Shown here piece after piece: positions 14,762 through 19,125 of a DNA stretch of 19,125 nucleotides. Origin of the DNA: Nitrospirota bacterium. GTDB lineage: Bacteria; Nitrospirota; UBA9217. Positions within the stretch are counted from its first letter, which is position 1; each line of letters starts with the position of its first letter. A program made the translations under genes and the position numbers. The stretch covers positions 1-19,125 of the forward strand of contig DASPSR010000004.1 in the NCBI GenBank assembly GCA_035623825.1. Direction: 5' to 3'. The notes under the pieces were generated by a model. The model saw only the letters and a list, made by a program, of their open reading frames with translations, had not been told where the DNA came from and made no database searches.

Positions 14762-15169
14762 ATGCAAATTACACGAGAAGGTGATTACGGGATACGGAGT
14801 GTTCTGTATCTGGCACGTCAGCCGTTCAAAAAGATCAGCTATGTGAACGAAATCTCCGAAGAGTACAAGATCCCGCGCAGTTTTCTGGCAAAAATACTCC
14901 AGAAGCTGGTTAAGGCAAAGATCGTACGGTCCTATCGGGGCGTCAAAGGCGGTTTCTCGCTCGCTAAACAAGCCCGAGATATTTCCATGCTCGATGTGAT
15001 GGAGGCGATCGAGGGAAAGCTTTATCTGAACATCTGCATTGCGGATAAGAAGAAGTGCGCGTTTTCTAAACACTGTCCTAGTCACGCTGTATGGGCGGCC
15101 GCCCAGGCAAAGTTCGTCGAGGTCCTGAAAAAATCAAATTTCGATGATCTTGCCAGACAGAAAGTTTAA
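14762..15169 (+). CDS. Rrf2-family transcriptional regulator, probably Fe-S binding
   Basis: MQITREGDYGIR, IPRSFLAKILQKL, SYRGVKGGFSLA and ISMLDVMEAIEG, with a C-x6-C-x5-C-x2-H ligand cluster. Confidence 0.92.
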   Translation: MQITREGDYGIRSVLYLARQPFKKISYVNEISEEYKIPRSFLAKILQKLVKAKIVRSYRGVKGGFSLAKQARDISMLDVMEAIEGKLYLNICIADKKKCAFSKHCPSHAVWAAAQAKFVEVLKKSNFDDLARQKV

Positions 15170-15480
15170 AGTCGGGCCCTAAATTATCTCTCGCCGGGGG
15201 CAGCCACATGCTACAGGAGAACAGGAGCGGCAATCAGGCAGTGATGGGATTCGCTATTTCTTCCCCGTTCCGGTGGAGCATCGGACTGCCGATCAGCATC
15301 CCGTCTTCTCTCCGGTTCGCTTATCCGCAATTGAATTACACCTCATCGCCCACCTGCTCGAGATTCCGGCCGCTCCCTACGAATCCGCTCACGTACGCCT
15401 TCGCCTTGCTGCCTTTTTTTCTTCTTGGTGCAGTGGCTCGGCAGAACACCGAATGCGTTCCCCGGGTCACGCTCTGAATC

Positions 15481-16299
15481 ATGCTGAGGCTAGGTCATAT
15501 CATCTATTCGAACTGCTTTCCTCCCCATGCGGGCATCGTCACGGGGATAACTGCCTTTCCGTTCGAGCTCGTGAAGGGCATCCCGACGGAGTTGAACCGC
15601 CTTCTTTACGAGGGCAAGATTGATGTCTCACCCTCGTCGTCAATAGAGTATGCCATGAATGCCGAGCGGTACGTCCTTCTGCCGGACCTGTCCATTACTT
15701 CACGGAACAGGGTCATGAGCATTATCCTCCAAAGCCGTGTGCCGATCTCTGATCTTGACGACAAGCAGGTGGCCTTGACCACGGCTTCGGCAACATCGGT
15801 CGTGCTGCTCAGGATCCTGCTCGGGCTGCAATGGGATGTACATCCCCGTTTCACGACTTTTGAGCAGGACATGGATAACCCGTTCGGGGAAGCGGATGCA
15901 GCCCTCTTCATAGGGGATCTTGCCCTCAGGATCAAGGCTTCCCGATCGCATCCCTATGTATATGATCTTGGAGCGCTCTGGCATGAATTCACCGGCCTGC
16001 CGTTCGTATTCGCCCTCTGGCAGGTGAACTACAAAAAAAATATTGATAAGGAGCTCGCTGTGCTTTATGATATATTGTTGCAGTCCAAATCCTACGGTTT
16101 GGCGAACATCGCCGAGCTGGCCCATACGTATGCCCAACGCTTTGGCATTCCGGCGCAGGTCCTCATCGATTATTGGACTTCGTTCAGTTACAATCTTGGT
16201 GAAGATGAGAAAAAAGGGCTTCTGGCCTTTTACGGATATGCTGCCGAAATCGGGGCAATCGAAACCGTGAAGGACCTTCGGTTCTGGAGCAAGGGGTAG
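15481..16299 (+). CDS. mqnA: Chorismate dehydratase (futalosine menaquinone pathway)
   Basis: LGHIIYSNCFP, PTELNRLLYEGKIDVS..SSIEY, V.SI.L.S, SATSVVLLRIL, AALFIGD.AL and YDLG.LW..FTGLPFVFALW. Confidence 0.88.
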   Translation: MLRLGHIIYSNCFPPHAGIVTGITAFPFELVKGIPTELNRLLYEGKIDVSPSSSIEYAMNAERYVLLPDLSITSRNRVMSIILQSRVPISDLDDKQVALTTASATSVVLLRILLGLQWDVHPRFTTFEQDMDNPFGEADAALFIGDLALRIKASRSHPYVYDLGALWHEFTGLPFVFALWQVNYKKNIDKELAVLYDILLQSKSYGLANIAELAHTYAQRFGIPAQVLIDYWTSFSYNLGEDEKKGLLAFYGYAAEIGAIETVKDLRFWSKG

Positions 16300-16317
16300 C
16301 GCGGAGATCTGAAGAAC

Positions 16318-17310
16318 ATGGCATCGCAACAAAAACATGATGATCTTCATAATCACGGACACGCCGATGGCAATGATCACGGCCACCATCATGAGGTCGA
16401 CCTGAGGCAGCAGTCGGCCGGAGGGAGGAAAGACCTCCTGATCGCTCTCTCGATAACCATTCTGATGATGATAGCCGAGGCGATTGGAGGGCTTCTTTCG
16501 AACAGTCTGGCGCTCCTTTCGGATGCAGGGCATATGCTGACAGACAATCTCGCGCTCCTGCTCTCGATCTTTGCCATGAAATTCGCCGCGATGCCCGCAA
16601 CCGAGAAGAGGACATTCGGTTTCTATCGGCTCGAGATTCTAGCCGCACTGATCAATGGCATCATCCTCGCCCTCATTTCTCTGTACATCATCTATCAGGC
16701 ATATCTCCGTATAATCAATCCGCAGCGCGTCGAGGGGACCCTCATGCTCGCTGTGGCGAGTATCGGTCTCATCGCCAACATCATCGGCGCCTTCGTACTC
16801 GTGAAGCACAGTCATGCCAATCTCAACATCCGAGGTGCCTATCTCCACATCCTCGGTGACGCCCTTTCCTCGGTCGGCGTGGTCATTGGCGGGGTCATTA
16901 TCCTGTTCACCGGGTGGTATATGATAGACCCGGTCCTCAGCATCCTGATCTCGCTGGTTATCATCTACGGGGCCTGGGTGTTGGTCAAAGAATCGGTGAG
17001 CATCCTTCTTGAATCAGTGCCTGCCCATATCAATATCGAAACGGTGGCAGCGGAAATCGGCAAGATCAGAGGCGTTCGAGAGGCATACCACATCCATGTC
17101 TGGACCATCACGTCCGGGGTCCATGCCTTGAGCGCTCATGTGCTCGTAGACGACCAGCTCGTCAGCCTGAGCAGGGATCTGGTTGATGATATCGGAGCGC
17201 TCCTCGCCGATAAGTTCAAAATCCTTCACAGTACCATTCAGCTTGAATGCGAACGGTGCGATATGAACCCGATATGCAGCCTTCCGAACAGCGCGCAGAC
17301 GAAACAGTGA
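16318..17310 (+). CDS. czcD: Cation diffusion facilitator (CzcD/ZitB-type Zn/Co/Cd exporter)
   Basis: SLALLSDAGHMLTD, TFGFYRLEILAALING, NIRGAYLHILGD, HIHVWTITSG and HSTIQLE, with a His-rich N-terminus. Confidence 0.9.
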   Translation: MASQQKHDDLHNHGHADGNDHGHHHEVDLRQQSAGGRKDLLIALSITILMMIAEAIGGLLSNSLALLSDAGHMLTDNLALLLSIFAMKFAAMPATEKRTFGFYRLEILAALINGIILALISLYIIYQAYLRIINPQRVEGTLMLAVASIGLIANIIGAFVLVKHSHANLNIRGAYLHILGDALSSVGVVIGGVIILFTGWYMIDPVLSILISLVIIYGAWVLVKESVSILLESVPAHINIETVAAEIGKIRGVREAYHIHVWTITSGVHALSAHVLVDDQLVSLSRDLVDDIGALLADKFKILHSTIQLECERCDMNPICSLPNSAQTKQ

Positions 17311-17343
17311 TCCATTGAGCGTCCGCATGCATGCGCATCTTCC

Positions 17344-17372
17344 TTGACAACCCAAGCTAATTTGATTAAACT
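17344..17372 (+). promoter_or_regulatory. Sigma70 promoter of the SDR-SPT operon
   Basis: TTGACA (17344-17349), a 17-nt spacer, then TAAACT (17367-17372). Confidence 0.7.
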
Positions 17373-17406
17373 ACCATAATAATTTGTTACTTCTACTGCG
17401 GAGGCG

Positions 17407-18405
17407 ATGGGGCTGTTACTCCAAAAAAGAGTTCTGGTCACTGGCGGTACGGGCTTCGTGGGAAGCCACCTGGTGGAAACGCTTCTTGAGAAAGGCTACA
17501 GCGTTACCTGCCTAGTCAGAGACCCGGACAGGCTCCGGTGGCTTACAGGAATGGATGTCCATCTGGTAAAGGGCGACTGTTCTCTTCCCGAATCACTCAT
17601 CCCCGCAGTGCATGACGTTTCCATCGTTTTTCACGCCGCAGGACTCACGAAGGCCAAACGAGCACGCGAATATTATGAGGTTAACCACCTCGGTACAAGG
17701 AACATCCTTGAAGCATCGTTTCGTCATAATCCTCGTATCGAGAAATTCATCCTCATATCCAGCCTTGCCGCCGCGGGTCCGAGTATCGATGGGAACCCGG
17801 TACGGGATGTTGATACTCCGAGGCCCGTATCGGATTATGGGAAGAGCAAGCTCTTCGCTGAGAGCGAGACGCTTGCGTATCGGGAAAAACTCCCCGTCGT
17901 CATTCTCAGGCCGTCGACCGTGTACGGCCCCAGGGACAGGGACATGTTCGAGCTCTTCCGCTGGGCCGCACGGGGTCTGACGCTGGAAATTGCGGGAGGT
18001 GAGCGGTACATCAGTCCATGCTATGTGCGAGATCTTGTGGCGGCGCTGCTTCTTGCGGCCGAGGCAAAGACTGTAAGCGGAAGCATTTATTTTGTTGCTG
18101 AAGACAGGTCCTACTCCTGGTCTGAGTTCAGGCAGGCGCTGCTCACAGCAGGTGGGATAAACGCCTGGAACATCAAGGTCCCTTATCCGGCGGCGTACCT
18201 TATCGGACTTTTTTCCGAGCTTGGCAGCGTGTTCGCTTCAAAGCCAGCCCTGACCAACAGGCAGAAAATACGTGAGGCGGTCCAAAAGTACTGGACATGC
18301 GACCTCAGAAAAATCGAGGCCGAACTCGGTTTCATCCCTCGCTATCCTCTCAAAAGGGGCCTGGAAATGACTTGGCAATGGTATCGGGACGAGGGCTGGC
18401 TGTAA
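17407..18405 (+). CDS. NAD(P)-dependent epimerase/dehydratase (extended SDR); candidate ceramide/3-keto-sphingolipid reductase
   Basis: VLVTGGTGFVG, HAAG, ISSLAA, YGKSK (YxxxK) and RPSTVYGPRD. The specific function is inferred only from the neighbouring gene. Confidence 0.85.
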   Translation: MGLLLQKRVLVTGGTGFVGSHLVETLLEKGYSVTCLVRDPDRLRWLTGMDVHLVKGDCSLPESLIPAVHDVSIVFHAAGLTKAKRAREYYEVNHLGTRNILEASFRHNPRIEKFILISSLAAAGPSIDGNPVRDVDTPRPVSDYGKSKLFAESETLAYREKLPVVILRPSTVYGPRDRDMFELFRWAARGLTLEIAGGERYISPCYVRDLVAALLLAAEAKTVSGSIYFVAEDRSYSWSEFRQALLTAGGINAWNIKVPYPAAYLIGLFSELGSVFASKPALTNRQKIREAVQKYWTCDLRKIEAELGFIPRYPLKRGLEMTWQWYRDEGWL

Positions 18406-18444
18406 ATCTGGAAAGCCGTCAAAATCTGAATGCTGGAGGCAAAC

Positions 18445-19125
18445 TTGGATCTTTTTGAAAAATGCAGAAAGTATACGGCCGCAAAAGACGTGATGGCGGC
18501 GGGGTTTTACCCCTACTTCCGCGTGGTGGAATCCGAACAGAATCCCGAGGTGATCGTCGAGGGCAAAAAGATGATCATGCTGGGTTCGAATAATTATCTT
18601 GGCCTCACAAGCCACCCGAAGGTCAAACAAGCGGCAATCGAAGCCATTAAGAAGTACGGCAGCGGCTGCGCAGGTTCCCGGTTTTTGAACGGTACACTGG
18701 ACATTCACGTGAAGCTCGAGGAGAAACTGGCAAAGTTCTTCAGAAAGGATGCCGCTCTCACGTTCTCCACCGGATATCAGACCAACCTCGGGATCATTTC
18801 TTCGATCGCGGGCAAGGACGATGTGGTCGTGATCGACAAGCTCGACCACGCGAGCATCATCGACGCCTGCAGGCTGTCGTTTGCAGAGGTCAAGAAGTTC
18901 AAACATAGCGACATGGAGAGCCTCGAGTACGTGCTTAAGGAATGCGGTGACAAGGGTAAGCTCGTCGTTGTGGACGGTGTTTACAGCATGGAAGGGGACA
19001 TAGCACCGCTTCCGGATATCGTGAAGCTCTGCAAAAAATACGATGCCAGAATCATGGTGGACGACGCCCACGGTATCGGAGTCCTAGGTAAGACCGGGCG
19101 CGGCGTGGCCGAGCATTTTGGACTC
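18445..19125 (+). CDS. spt: Serine palmitoyltransferase-like alpha-oxoamine synthase (3' truncated by window edge; absent from the ORF track)
   Basis: TTG start after SD GGAGG (an in-frame ATG lies at 18430). The translation reads MDLFEKC...[34 protein letters not shown]...[41 protein letters not shown] and DDAHG. The frame is open to the end of the window. Confidence 0.8.
   Translation, partial: MDLFEKCRKYTAAKDVMAAGFYPYFRVVESEQNPEVIVEGKKMIMLGSNNYLGLTSHPKVKQAAIEAIKKYGSGCAGSRFLNGTLDIHVKLEEKLAKFFRKDAALTFSTGYQTNLGIISSIAGKDDVVVIDKLDHASIIDACRLSFAEVKKFKHSDMESLEYVLKECGDKGKLVVVDGVYSMEGDIAPLPDIVKLCKKYDARIMVDDAHGIGVLGKTGRGVAEHFGL

Noticed and set aside
1-19125. CRISPR arrays, tRNA/rRNA, IS elements, integrases, toxin-antitoxin or defence genes
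   Set aside because: I saw no regularly spaced repeats, cloverleaf motifs, terminal inverted repeats or relevant protein motifs by eye.

Overview
This window is ordinary chromosomal DNA from a moderately GC-rich diderm bacterium. The gene set (fur-feoB-ideR-like operon, mqnA, DUF4388, DUF4416) suggests Desulfobacterota/Nitrospirota, which is an inference only. From left to right it holds: the 3' end of gpmI; an ~8.1 kb co-directional cluster of seven exported/lipoproteins of unknown joint function (two LPP20-family paralogues, a TPR+SLH lipoprotein, a secreted transglutaminase-like enzyme, a DUF799/GNA1162-DUF4412-like fusion lipoprotein, a CsgG/FlgT-C-like lipoprotein and a FecR-domain protein); a Fur-boxed fur-feoB-DtxR/FeoA iron operon; a DUF4388 gene; DUF4416 and a third LPP20-domain lipoprotein on the minus strand; an apparently leaderless Fe-S Rrf2 regulator; mqnA; a CDF metal exporter; and an extended-SDR gene followed by a truncated serine palmitoyltransferase-like gene. 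The best candidate for an undescribed system is the seven-gene envelope cluster. Its folds parallel the flagellar H-ring/basal-disk proteins FlgO/FlgP/FlgT, yet no flagellar genes are in the window. The second candidate is a sphingolipid operon. I saw no rRNA, tRNA, CRISPR array or mobile element. All family assignments come from motif recognition by eye, not from database searches.
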